DNA from: an uncultured Candidatus Saccharibacteria bacterium
Lineage (GTDB): Bacteria; Patescibacteriota; Minisyncoccia; Minisyncoccales; CAZKCU01
DNA length: 64,000 nucleotides
Direction: 5' to 3'
Assembly: GCA_964551595.1 (NCBI GenBank)
Contig: CAZKCU010000001.1
Span: 197,321 to 261,320, forward strand
Positions 34,745 to 44,420 of the stretch are shown piece after piece (position 1 is the stretch's first letter; every line of letters begins with the position of its first letter). The notes under the pieces were generated by a model. That model worked only from the letters and a program-made list of their open reading frames with translations. It was not told where the DNA came from and ran no database searches. A program made the position numbers and the translations under genes.

Positions 34745-35482
34745 ATGTTCATCCATCACAGAACTCAGGGGATAATTATAAAAAAAGAAGATCGGGGGGA
34801 AGCCGACCAGCTTTTTACAATTTATACCAAAGATTTCGGGAAATTAGAGATTTTGGGAAGAGCTATCAGGAAAATCAAATCAAAATTAAGAGCAGGAGCC
34901 GAATTTTTTTATTTATCAGAAGTTGAATTTATTCAGGGGAAAGCCTATAAAACCCTAACCGACGCCATTTTAATTGACAAATTTGAAAATATCAGAAAAG
35001 ATTTAGAGAGATTGAAGATTTGTTATCAGATTTCAGAAGTTTTGGATAATTTAGTCAAAGGCCAAGAACCCGACAAAGACATTTGGAATTTATTAAACGA
35101 AGCTTTTATAAAATTAAATAACTTACAACTTACAACTTACAACTTACAACTAATTTATTACTATTTCTTCTGGAACCTTTTTTCTCTTTTAGGGTTTAAA
35201 CCTGAGCTTTCTACTTGCCCAATTTGCAGAAAGAAACTTTTAGCCGAAACTTTTTATTTTGTACCAAAAGAAGGAGGGGTAGTATGCTGGAGGTGTTTGA
35301 AAGAACTTAGCCCAGAAGAAAAAGAAAGAGTAAAAGAAATAAGCGTAGATACGGTTAAAATTTTAAGAATTTTTCTTTCAAAGAATTGGGAAATATTACC
35401 CAGGCTTAAAATAATAAAAGAAGAGAGAAAAAATCTAAAAGAGATATCAGAACTTTACCTTACTTTTTTAAAAGAAGGCTAA
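34745..35482 (+). CDS. recO: DNA repair protein RecO
   Basis: N-terminal OB fold GIIIKKEDRGEADQLFTIYTKDFGKL; C4 zinc motif CPICRKK...CWRC; contains (acttacaa)x4 in-frame repeat. Confidence 0.7.
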   Translation: MFIHHRTQGIIIKKEDRGEADQLFTIYTKDFGKLEILGRAIRKIKSKLRAGAEFFYLSEVEFIQGKAYKTLTDAILIDKFENIRKDLERLKICYQISEVLDNLVKGQEPDKDIWNLLNEAFIKLNNLQLTTYNLQLIYYYFFWNLFSLLGFKPELSTCPICRKKLLAETFYFVPKEGGVVCWRCLKELSPEEKERVKEISVDTVKILRIFLSKNWEILPRLKIIKEERKNLKEISELYLTFLKEG

Positions 35483-35505
35483 AGTATGTTAAAATAAATT
35501 AAAAG

Positions 35506-35545
35506 TAACCGTTCGCTTCGCTCACTGTAATTTGCTTCGCAAATT
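35506..35545 (+). repeat. copy D of ~40-bp intergenic repeat family
   Basis: aaccgttcgcttcgctcactgtaatttgcttcgcaaatt ending 1 nt before ATG 35547. Confidence 0.8.
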
Positions 35546-35546
35546 A

Positions 35547-37235
35547 ATGAAAGGGAAATTAATAAAAGTCGTTATCATTTTAACAATTATCTTAGGGATA
35601 GCCGGTTTTTGGTATTATCAAAGAAATATTTATTCAAAAGAAACTTTGAGAGTGGAAATTTTGGGGCCGGAAGAAGTAGAAATGGCCCAAGAGATTGAAT
35701 ATATAGTGAAATATAAAAATAACGGCAACATCAGGTTGGAAGAACCAAAACTTATTTTTGAATATCCTAAAAATTCAATAGTTATCGGAGAAGAAATCCG
35801 GTCTGAAAATCAGGAGCTTCCGCTTAAAGAGAAAGAATCTCTAAGACAAGAAAAAGAACTCGAGGATATCTACCCCGGACAAGAGCGAACCTTCCATTTT
35901 AAAGCCAGATTATTGGGTAAAGAAAATACAGCGAAAATTGCCAAGGTCTGGTTAAGTTATAAACCAAAAAATCTAAAAACTCGCTATGAGTCAGCCACCA
36001 CTTTCACCACCTTAATTAAAAGTGTTCCTCTTACTTTTGAATTTGATTTTCCTTCAAAAGTTGAGCCTGGCAGAAAAACTCTCTTTAGGTTAAATTATTT
36101 TTCAAATATAGATTACCCTATTTCTAATTTAAGAATAAAGATTGAATATCCTGCTGGCTTTGAGTTTTTTGAGAGTCAGCCAAAATCCTTGGGAAAAACA
36201 GAATGGGAGATTCCGCTTTTAAATAAGGCTGGGGGAGGAAGAATTGAAGTTTCCGGCATTCTGAGAGGAGAGGTTCAGGAGTCAAAAATCTTTCGGGCAA
36301 ACTTGGGTATCTGGCAGGAAGGAGAATTTGTTTTATTAAAAGAGGCAATTAAGGGAATAGAAATTACCAGACCCTCGATTTTTCTCTCCTATCAAATTAA
36401 TAATTCCCCTCAATATTCGGCTCGCCCCGGGGATTACCTATATTATGAAATCTTCTTTAAAAATACTGGAGAAGAAGCTCTGGAAAATTTATTTTTGGTA
36501 GTTCAATTAGAAGGAGGAGTTTTAGATTTTGACACCCTTCAAGCCGGAGCCGGCCAATTTCAAAAAGATTCAAACTCAATTATTTGGGACCATATCGTGG
36601 TTCCTCAATTACGTCTTCTGTCTAGTATGGAAGAAGGAAAAGTTGGATTTTGGGTAAGAGTAAAAGACGATTTCTCTCTCAAAAATCCTCAAATCAAAAC
36701 TAAAATTAGCCTGAGCGAGGCTAAAGAAGAATTTATTACTAAAATTAACACAAAGCTGGCTATTTCCCAGAGAGGTTATTTTAACAAGGGACCTTTTAAA
36801 AATTATGGCCCCCTTCCTCCTAAGGTTGGAAATGCAACAACCTATACTATCTTTTGGCAGGCTAAAAATTTTTACAACGATGTTAAAAATCTAAAAGTTA
36901 AAGCTAATTTACCTTTTCAGGTGAGATTAACTGGCGAAATTTCTTCAAAAGAAGCTAAGTTTTCTTTTGATCCTCAAAGCCGGGAAATTGTCTGGGAAAT
37001 TGGAGAGTTAGCGGCAGGAAAAGGAATTTCGGGCCCCGGGCCTGAGATTTCCTTTCAAGTTGCTTTAACTCCTGATTCGACACAGAGAGGAGAGATTCCT
37101 GAACTTATTTCTCAGGTTAAAATAATCGGAGAAGATATCTGGACAGGAGAAAGGGTGGAAGCCACAGCTGGAGCAGTTGATACTTCTTTACCAGATGACC
37201 CGAACGTTAGCGAGGAAATGGACAAGGTCCAATGA
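35547..37235 (+). CDS. large secreted/cell-surface protein with N-terminal TM anchor and repeated beta-sandwich (DUF11/CARDB-like) domains
   Basis: MKGKLIKVVIILTIILGIAGFWYY signal anchor; repeated segments of ~110 aa rich in beta-strand patterns; start moved to ATG 35547. Confidence 0.45.
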   Translation: MKGKLIKVVIILTIILGIAGFWYYQRNIYSKETLRVEILGPEEVEMAQEIEYIVKYKNNGNIRLEEPKLIFEYPKNSIVIGEEIRSENQELPLKEKESLRQEKELEDIYPGQERTFHFKARLLGKENTAKIAKVWLSYKPKNLKTRYESATTFTTLIKSVPLTFEFDFPSKVEPGRKTLFRLNYFSNIDYPISNLRIKIEYPAGFEFFESQPKSLGKTEWEIPLLNKAGGGRIEVSGILRGEVQESKIFRANLGIWQEGEFVLLKEAIKGIEITRPSIFLSYQINNSPQYSARPGDYLYYEIFFKNTGEEALENLFLVVQLEGGVLDFDTLQAGAGQFQKDSNSIIWDHIVVPQLRLLSSMEEGKVGFWVRVKDDFSLKNPQIKTKISLSEAKEEFITKINTKLAISQRGYFNKGPFKNYGPLPPKVGNATTYTIFWQAKNFYNDVKNLKVKANLPFQVRLTGEISSKEAKFSFDPQSREIVWEIGELAAGKGISGPGPEISFQVALTPDSTQRGEIPELISQVKIIGEDIWTGERVEATAGAVDTSLPDDPNVSEEMDKVQ

Positions 37236-37272
37236 ATTAAAAATTCATTTCACCTTTTATCGTCTGTCGGTA

Positions 37273-37299
37273 TTTGATACCGACAGACAGATACGACAG
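37273..37299. repeat. palindromic element copy P1 (gtctgtcggtatttgataccgacagac), intergenic
   Basis: perfect 12-bp arms; two further copies at 48781-48807 and 60767-60791 inside CDSs. Confidence 0.8.
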
Positions 37300-37314
37300 G
37301 GTCAATAAAAAATT

Positions 37315-38652
37315 ATGACTGATTTGATGTCAAAAATTATATCTTTGTGTAAAAGGCGGGGATTTGTTTTTCAATCCTCAGAGATTTACGGTGGTTTTGG
37401 TTCTTGTTATGATTTTGGACCTTTAGGAGTGGAACTAAAAAGAAATATTAAAAAGGTTTGGTGGGAAGAGATGACCAGGTTTCAGAAAGATATTGTTGGT
37501 TTGGACGCGGCAATTTTAATGAATCCCCGAGTTTGGCAAGCTTCGGGTCATCTGACAGCTGGTTTTGCTGACGAGTTAGTGGAATGTAAAAGTTGCCATA
37601 AGAGATTTAAAAAGGACGAAATTAAAGGAAATCGGTGTCCGGAGTGCAAAGGAGAGTTAGCTAAACCCCGAAAATTTAACTTAATGATGAAAACTTTTGT
37701 TGGGCCGGTAGAAGAGGAAGCTTCTACTACTTATCTTCGAGCCGAGACCTGCCAAGGAATTTATGCTAATTTTTTGAATATTTTAAAGTCTCAGCGTTTG
37801 AAGCTTCCTTTTGGTGTAGCTCAAATTGGAAAAGCTTTCCGTAATGAAATCACTCCGAAAAACTTTATTTTCAGAACCAGAGAGTTTGAGCAGATGGAAA
37901 TGCAGTGGTTCTGCTCGCCTTCGGCTAAGAAAACCCCAGATGATTGGTTTGAATATTGGAAAAAAGAAAGAATAAAATGGTATCTGAATTTAGGGATAAA
38001 AAAAGAAAATTTAAGAATGGTAGAAATTCCGGAGGGAGAGCGGGCTCATTACGCCAAAAGACAAATAGATGTTGAATATAAATTTCCTTTTGGCTGGCAA
38101 GAAATCGAAGGTATTCATAATCGAGGGGATTGGGACTTATCTAATCACTTAAAACATAGTGGAAAAGATTTAAGTTATTTTGATGAAAGCACCGGAGAAA
38201 AATATATTCCTCATATTATTGAAACTTCGGTTGGGGTAGAGAGATCTCTTTTTGCTTTTTTGTGTGAAGCTTATCAAGAGATAAAAGGCGGTCGAACAAA
38301 AACTACTAAAGCCGCTAAAGAAACTGAAATTTTATTAAAGCTTTCTAAAGCTTTAGCTCCAATAAAAGTAGCAGTTTTACCATTAGTTAGAAATAAACCA
38401 GAATTAGTGAAAAAAGCTAAAGAAGTTTATCAATTGTTGAAGCTTCATTTTGTTTGTCAATATGACGAGCTCGGTTCAATCGGCAGAAGATATCGAAGAC
38501 AAGATGAGGCAGGCACGCTTTATGCCATCACTATTGATTTTGAAACCTTAAAACAAAATGATATAACAGTGCGTGACCGCGACACTATGAAACAAGAAAG
38601 AGTAAAAATTAATGATTTAATAAAAGTTTTAAAAGAAAAATTAAATGTATAG
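37315..38652 (+). CDS. glyQS: glycyl-tRNA synthetase (alpha2 dimeric type)
   Basis: 445 aa; class II motifs, zinc knuckle CHKRF...CPEC, C-terminal anticodon-binding domain. Confidence 0.85.
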   Translation: MTDLMSKIISLCKRRGFVFQSSEIYGGFGSCYDFGPLGVELKRNIKKVWWEEMTRFQKDIVGLDAAILMNPRVWQASGHLTAGFADELVECKSCHKRFKKDEIKGNRCPECKGELAKPRKFNLMMKTFVGPVEEEASTTYLRAETCQGIYANFLNILKSQRLKLPFGVAQIGKAFRNEITPKNFIFRTREFEQMEMQWFCSPSAKKTPDDWFEYWKKERIKWYLNLGIKKENLRMVEIPEGERAHYAKRQIDVEYKFPFGWQEIEGIHNRGDWDLSNHLKHSGKDLSYFDESTGEKYIPHIIETSVGVERSLFAFLCEAYQEIKGGRTKTTKAAKETEILLKLSKALAPIKVAVLPLVRNKPELVKKAKEVYQLLKLHFVCQYDELGSIGRRYRRQDEAGTLYAITIDFETLKQNDITVRDRDTMKQERVKINDLIKVLKEKLNV

Positions 38653-39910
38653 AAAAACGACTCTTAAAAACGGTTTGAGAATTATTACTGTTCCCATAAG
38701 AGGCACTCAGACAATAACTCTTTTGATATTGGTAGCTACTGGTTCGAAATATGAAAAAAAAGAGATAAATGGCATTTCCCATTTGTTAGAACATATGGCT
38801 TTTCGGGGAACAAAAAAACGTCCCCAGACCTTAGACATTGCCAAGGAATTAGACAGAGTAGGCGGTCTTTATAATGCCTTTACCGGTAAAGAATTTATGG
38901 GATTTTGGGTAAAAGTTGATTCAAAGCATTTTGACTTAGCAGCCGATGTTTTATCTGATATGATTTTTAACTCTCTCTTTAAAGAAAAAGAAATTGGGAA
39001 GGAAAAAAAGGCGATTGTAGAAGAAATTAATATGTATTTAGATACTCCCCAGAGTTATGTTTTGGAACTTTGGGAAAAACTTTTATACAGAGAACAACCT
39101 GCAGGCTGGATGATTGCAGGACAAAAGGAAAAGGTAAAAAGAATTTCCAGGAAAAATATTTTGGATTATTTTAGAAAACAATTTAGCGCAGAAAATACGG
39201 TCATTTCTTTGGCCGGAAATTTTAAAAATAGGGAAGCCGTTTCCAAAATAAAAAAATTTTTTGAAAAAGCCAAAAAGACCAAAACTTTAGCAAAAAAACC
39301 GGTAATTGAAAGACAAAAATCTCCTCAGATTTTACTTCAGACAAAAGAAACCGACCAGACCCATTTAACCTTAGGGGTCCGAGCTTATAATATTTTTAAA
39401 CCCGAAAGATACCCCCTCGCTGTCCTATCTAATCTCTTGGGAGGAATTATGAGTTCCCGTCTTTTTATTGAAATCAGGGAAAAGAGAGGAATGGCTTATT
39501 ATATTAAGACTATTCATGAAAATTATAGTGATACAGGATATCTGGTAACTCATGCTGGAATTGACAATAAAAGAACGGAGGAGGCAATAAAAATCATTTT
39601 GAAAGAATATAAAAATCTAAAAGAGAAAAAAGTTCCGAAAGAAGAACTTCAGAAAGCCAAAGACAATATTAAGGGCCATCTTTATTTAGGTTTGGAAACC
39701 TCTGATGCCTGGGCTAGTTATCTTGGTGTTCAGGAAATCTTAAAAAGGAAAATTTCTACTCCCGCTCAAGAATGCAAAATGATTGATAAAGTCAGTCAAG
39801 ATGATATTCTAAAAGTAGCCAGAGATATTTTTCAACCAAAAAAATTAAATTTAGCCCTCATCGGCCCATTTAAGGATAAAAATCAGTTCCAAAAATTATT
39901 AAAACTATGA
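38645..39910 (+). CDS. M16 family zinc peptidase (insulinase-like)
   Basis: inverted zinc motif HLLEHMAFRGTKK (HxxEH). Confidence 0.7.
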   Translation: MYRKTTLKNGLRIITVPIRGTQTITLLILVATGSKYEKKEINGISHLLEHMAFRGTKKRPQTLDIAKELDRVGGLYNAFTGKEFMGFWVKVDSKHFDLAADVLSDMIFNSLFKEKEIGKEKKAIVEEINMYLDTPQSYVLELWEKLLYREQPAGWMIAGQKEKVKRISRKNILDYFRKQFSAENTVISLAGNFKNREAVSKIKKFFEKAKKTKTLAKKPVIERQKSPQILLQTKETDQTHLTLGVRAYNIFKPERYPLAVLSNLLGGIMSSRLFIEIREKRGMAYYIKTIHENYSDTGYLVTHAGIDNKRTEEAIKIILKEYKNLKEKKVPKEELQKAKDNIKGHLYLGLETSDAWASYLGVQEILKRKISTPAQECKMIDKVSQDDILKVARDIFQPKKLNLALIGPFKDKNQFQKLLKL

Positions 39911-40935
39911 ACAACGAGAAGATTCTTGATATTTCTTGGGGGACAATTTTGAAAATTTCTGTTGCTATCCTTTCTTTTTACATTCTCTACCAGATTAGAG
40001 ATATTTTGGTCTGGTTTATTTTCGCCTTAATAATTTGCCTTTTATTTAATCCAGTCATTAATTTTTTAAGGAAATTAAAAATCCCCCGGGTCCTGGCAGT
40101 TATTTTTGTCTACGTTGGAGTTTTTGGATTCTTGACTCTTTTGATTTATTTGATTGTTCCCATATTTGTTTCTGAAATTCAACAATTTTCAAAAATCCTC
40201 CCTCAATATTTTGAAAAAATTTCCCCTCCCTTAAAAGGACTGGGCATTCAGGCATTTGAAAATATTGAAACTTTTGTTAATACTCTGGGAGGGGCATTAA
40301 ATAGAATAGCTTCCAACATTTTTAATGTCTTATTAATAATCTTTGGAGGGATTTTCAAAACAATTTTTATCTTAGCTATTGCTATTTTTCTCTCTTTAGA
40401 TGAAAAGATAATTGAAAAGAGTTTAAATCTTCTTTTCCCTAAAAAATATGAGGATTATGCCTTATCTCTCTGGAGAAAATGTCAAAAAAAAGTTAGCGGT
40501 TGGTTTCTGACAAGAATATTAACCTGTCTATTTGTTGGAATAGCGACTTATGTTGCTTTATTGCTTTTTAATGTAGGTTATCCTGCCTCCTTGGGATTAC
40601 TGGCTGGAACCCTTAATTTTATTCCTTATCTGGGACCAATTATTACAGCAGTTCTCCTTCTTGCAATTATCTCTTTGGAAAATGTATATAAAGCAATTTT
40701 TGTTTTTATTGTTTTTATCTTAATTCAGCAAATTGAAAATAATATTTTGACGCCAGTTTTAACCAAAAAATTTATTGGACTTTCTCCGGTTTTAGTTTTA
40801 ATGTCTTTGGCAATTGGGGGAACTCTCTGGGGATTTTTAGGAGCAATTTTAGCCGTTCCTTTAGCTGGAATTCTATTTGAATTCTTAAAAGACTTTTTGA
40901 AGAAAAAGAAAGAGGAAGAAGCAGTAGTTTTATGA
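39907..40935 (+). CDS. AI-2E family transporter (PerM/YhhT-like permease)
   Basis: 342 aa, ~8 TM helices, typical AI-2E topology. Confidence 0.6.
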   Translation: MNNEKILDISWGTILKISVAILSFYILYQIRDILVWFIFALIICLLFNPVINFLRKLKIPRVLAVIFVYVGVFGFLTLLIYLIVPIFVSEIQQFSKILPQYFEKISPPLKGLGIQAFENIETFVNTLGGALNRIASNIFNVLLIIFGGIFKTIFILAIAIFLSLDEKIIEKSLNLLFPKKYEDYALSLWRKCQKKVSGWFLTRILTCLFVGIATYVALLLFNVGYPASLGLLAGTLNFIPYLGPIITAVLLLAIISLENVYKAIFVFIVFILIQQIENNILTPVLTKKFIGLSPVLVLMSLAIGGTLWGFLGAILAVPLAGILFEFLKDFLKKKKEEEAVVL

Positions 40936-41618
40936 GCGCTCTCTATATTATAGGTACTCCAATTGGGAACCTCGAAGATTTATCTTTTAGAGCCCTCCAA
41001 ATTTTAAAGGGGGCTGATTTAATTTTGTGTGAAGACACAAGAGTCACCAAAAAATTATTGAATCATTATCAAATAAAAACTCCCACCCTAAGTTATCATC
41101 AACATTCAAAATTAAAAAAAGTTGAAGAGATTATTCAACTTTTAAAAGAAGGTAAAAATTTGGCCTTGGTTTCTGATGCCGGCACCCCTGGAATTTCCGA
41201 CCCCGGGAATTTATTAATTAATGAAATGATTAATAGATTAAGAAATGAAGTTAAAGTTATTCCGATTCCCGGGCCTTCGGCAGTAACGGCGGCAGCTTCT
41301 ATTTCTGGCTTTCCAACGGATAAATTTATTTTTATGGGTTTCCCGCCAACAAAAAGAAAAAGGAAGAAATTTTTTGAGGAAATTGTAGGATCCAAGTACC
41401 CGGTAATTTTTTACGAATCTCCTTACCGAATCCTAAAAAGCCTTAAAGAATTGGAACTAAAAGCTGAAAGCTGCAAGCTAAAACCTAAAATAATGGTTTG
41501 CCGAGAACTAACTAAAAAATTCGAAACAATTTATCGGGGGGAAATTGAAGAGGTAATAAAAGAAATTAAAAAAAAAGAGATAAAAGGTGAATTTGTGGTT
41601 ATCGTAGCAGGAAAATAG
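40932..41618 (+). CDS. rsmI: 16S rRNA (cytidine1402-2'-O)-methyltransferase RsmI
   Basis: LYIIGTPIGNLEDLSFRALQILKGADLILCEDTRVT tetrapyrrole-methylase-like N-terminus. Confidence 0.8.
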   Translation: MSALYIIGTPIGNLEDLSFRALQILKGADLILCEDTRVTKKLLNHYQIKTPTLSYHQHSKLKKVEEIIQLLKEGKNLALVSDAGTPGISDPGNLLINEMINRLRNEVKVIPIPGPSAVTAAASISGFPTDKFIFMGFPPTKRKRKKFFEEIVGSKYPVIFYESPYRILKSLKELELKAESCKLKPKIMVCRELTKKFETIYRGEIEEVIKEIKKKEIKGEFVVIVAGK

Positions 41619-42054
41619 CTATTAAAACTATCAAAATCTGGCTAAAAATTCTCCCAAAAATGGAGATTTTTTTATTTTCAAAAAAATGAATTTTTTGATG
41701 AAGCTTATAATGGATTTCTAAAAATCTGTTAGGAAAAACGAAATTTAAAAAATTAAGACCATCGGCTAAAATAGCTAAAAAAGCTCCAACAAAAATTATC
41801 GGCTGATTTTTTGAAAAAATTAAAATAAGAAAAAGAGCTAAAGAAATGTCTAAAATTACTTTTAAAAAATCCGGAAAGACTTTTTTCCACTTTCTTTCGT
41901 AAATGTTTTCGTAAATGTTTTTAGCTGAATAGTCAATATGGGGTATAAAATCCAAAAAATAATGACTTAAAAAAGCGAGGAAAAATGCCAAAGGTAAAAA
42001 TTTAATTTTCGAAACTATGGCAGCACCTATAAGAAGATGAGGAGTTGCAATCAT
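41599..42054 (-). CDS. membrane protein, possible membrane-bound metal-dependent hydrolase (DUF457-like)
   Basis: 151 aa, 4 TM segments, His/Asp-rich loop HYFLDFIPH. Confidence 0.3.
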   Translation of the reverse strand: MIATPHLLIGAAIVSKIKFLPLAFFLAFLSHYFLDFIPHIDYSAKNIYENIYERKWKKVFPDFLKVILDISLALFLILIFSKNQPIIFVGAFLAILADGLNFLNFVFPNRFLEIHYKLHQKIHFFENKKISIFGRIFSQILIVLIAIFLLR

Positions 42055-42125
42055 GCTGGAGTTCTAATAAAAATATGATAAAATGAATTATTAAGCCGAA
42101 TTAAATTATATTTAATTGTATCCTA

Positions 42126-43574
42126 ATGTCAACAAAAAACAAAAAATTCTATATCTCCACTAGTATTCCTTATACTAATGCGCCACCCCATATTGGTTTT
42201 GCCTTAGAGATAATTCAAGCAGATGTTTTGGCTCGTTATCATCATTCATTGGGCGAAGACGCCTTTTTCTTAACGGGTACGGACGAGCATGGATTAAAAA
42301 CTAAAAGGGCAGCAGAGAAGACTAATAAAACGCCGAAAGAGTTTGCTGATGAGATATCAGAAAAGTTTAGAAAATTAAAAACAACTTTAAATCTTTCTAA
42401 TAATGATTTTATTAGAACCACCGACAAAAAAAGACATTGGCCAGCAGTAAAGAAGGTTTGGTTAAAATTAAAAGAAAATGGGGAGATCTATAAAAAGAAC
42501 TATAGAGGTTTTTATTGTGCCGATTGTGAAGCTTTTGTTACTAAAAAAGATTTAGTTGATGAAAAATGTCCTATTCATCAAAAGAAAGTAGAGTTAGTTG
42601 AGGAAGAAAATTATTTTTTCCGCCTTTCAAAATATTCTCAAAAGATAAAAGAAATAATTAAAAAGGATAAAATAAGGATTATTCCGGAATCAAGGAAAAA
42701 TGAAATATTGGCTATTATCAGACAAGGATTGGAAGATATTAGTTTTTCAAGAGTAAAAGAAAAGTATTTAGGAATTCCGGTTCCTAATGATCCTACTCAA
42801 TTTTTATACATATGGCCAGATGCCCTCACTAACTATATTTCAGCTATTGGTTATTCAAAGAATAGTGAGAGGTTCAAAAAATACTGGCCCGCTGATGTCC
42901 ATTGTATCGGTAAAGATATTGTAAGATTTCACGCTTTGATTTGGCCGGCAATACTTTTATCCCTTAATTTAAAATTACCAAAAACCATATTTGTTCACGG
43001 TTTCATTACGGTTGATGGGAAAAAAATGTCAAAATCTTTGGGAAATGTCATTAATCCCTTTGAACTGGTAAAAAAATACGGGACTGATACCGTTCGCTAT
43101 TTTCTTTTACGGGAGATTCCACCAACTGAAGATGGCGATTTTACTTATGAGAAATTTGAAGAGAGATATAATGCTGATTTAGCAAGCGGATTAGGAAATT
43201 TGGTGGCGAGGGTTTTAACAATGGCAGAGAAGATAAATCCAAATAACAAAATCCAAATGTCAAATCAAATCCAAAATTCAAATATCAAAAAAGAAATTGA
43301 CAAAACGTGGGGAAATTATAAAAAGGCATTAGAGGAGTTTAAGTTTAATGAGGCTTTAATTTTTATCTGGGAATTAATTAGTTTTTGCGATAGATATATT
43401 GAAAAAGAAAGACCTTGGGAAGAAAGTAAAAAGCAAAAAGAAGTTATCAATAATCTATTATTGGCTATCGATGAAATAGCAAAATTGTTGCAGCCATTTT
43501 TACCAGAAACTTCCGAAAAAATATTTAAGCAATTAAAAACTAAGAAAAGTAAGTCTTTGTTCCCAAGAATTTAG
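42126..43574 (+). CDS. metG: methionyl-tRNA synthetase
   Basis: 482 aa; PHIGFA (HIGH-type) and KMSKS motifs, zinc knuckles CADC...CPIH; in-frame AT-rich repeat 43234-43290. Confidence 0.85.
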   Translation: MSTKNKKFYISTSIPYTNAPPHIGFALEIIQADVLARYHHSLGEDAFFLTGTDEHGLKTKRAAEKTNKTPKEFADEISEKFRKLKTTLNLSNNDFIRTTDKKRHWPAVKKVWLKLKENGEIYKKNYRGFYCADCEAFVTKKDLVDEKCPIHQKKVELVEEENYFFRLSKYSQKIKEIIKKDKIRIIPESRKNEILAIIRQGLEDISFSRVKEKYLGIPVPNDPTQFLYIWPDALTNYISAIGYSKNSERFKKYWPADVHCIGKDIVRFHALIWPAILLSLNLKLPKTIFVHGFITVDGKKMSKSLGNVINPFELVKKYGTDTVRYFLLREIPPTEDGDFTYEKFEERYNADLASGLGNLVARVLTMAEKINPNNKIQMSNQIQNSNIKKEIDKTWGNYKKALEEFKFNEALIFIWELISFCDRYIEKERPWEESKKQKEVINNLLLAIDEIAKLLQPFLPETSEKIFKQLKTKKSKSLFPRI

Positions 43575-43613
43575 TTATTCGTATATTTGTAATAATTTGT
43601 AATTCGTAGGGAT

Positions 43614-44408
43614 ATGTTGATTGACACTCACGCCCATTTAAATTTTAAAGAGTTTAATAAAGACCGATCTCAGGTAATCAAGCGGGCTTTTGAGGGAGGA
43701 GTAGAGAAGATTATTAATGTGGGAACTAACCTTAAGGATTCAAAGGATTCTATTTTGCTCGCAGAAAAATATAAAAATATCTCAGCAACCATAGGCCTTC
43801 ACCCGATTGATGTTCAAAATGAAAGATTTGACAAGAAGGTGTGGCTAAAATTAGCAAAGCATCAAAAGGTGGTGGCGGTTGGCGAGATTGGTTTAGATTA
43901 CTATTATAAACCGAAAACAAAAAGGAAGCTGGAAGTATTTAAAGAAAAACAGAGGACGGGCCTCTGTCAGCAGCTAAAGTTATCCAAGGAGTTAAATTTG
44001 CCAGTGATTTTCCACTGCCGTCAGGCTCATCAAGACTTAATTGAGCTTCTTTCCGCTCAATCAGAACTTAGACCCCAAAAAGCAGTAGCTCATAGTTTTG
44101 TAGGAAATTTGGACCAGCTTCAAAAATATTTAGATTTTGGATTTTACATCGGCTTTAATGGAATAATTTTTAAATCTATTGAGAGAATTAATTTTGAGGA
44201 GAGCATTAAAAGAACGCCTTTAGACAGAATTCTTATTGAAACTGACTGTCCATTTTTAACGCCTCTACAGGTAAAGCCGGCCCAAGAAAGAAACGAGCCA
44301 TTATATGTAAAATTCGTTGCTCAAAGAATTGCTGAAATAAAAAATTTTACTCTTGAGCAGGTGGCTGGAAAAACTACTGAAAATGCTAAAAAATTATTTA
44401 ATATTTAA
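43614..44408 (+). CDS. tatD: TatD family deoxyribonuclease
   Basis: MLIDTHAHLNF metal-binding start, 264 aa TIM-barrel hydrolase pattern. Confidence 0.8.
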   Translation: MLIDTHAHLNFKEFNKDRSQVIKRAFEGGVEKIINVGTNLKDSKDSILLAEKYKNISATIGLHPIDVQNERFDKKVWLKLAKHQKVVAVGEIGLDYYYKPKTKRKLEVFKEKQRTGLCQQLKLSKELNLPVIFHCRQAHQDLIELLSAQSELRPQKAVAHSFVGNLDQLQKYLDFGFYIGFNGIIFKSIERINFEESIKRTPLDRILIETDCPFLTPLQVKPAQERNEPLYVKFVAQRIAEIKNFTLEQVAGKTTENAKKLFNI

Positions 44409-44420
44409 TTAAAATTAATC

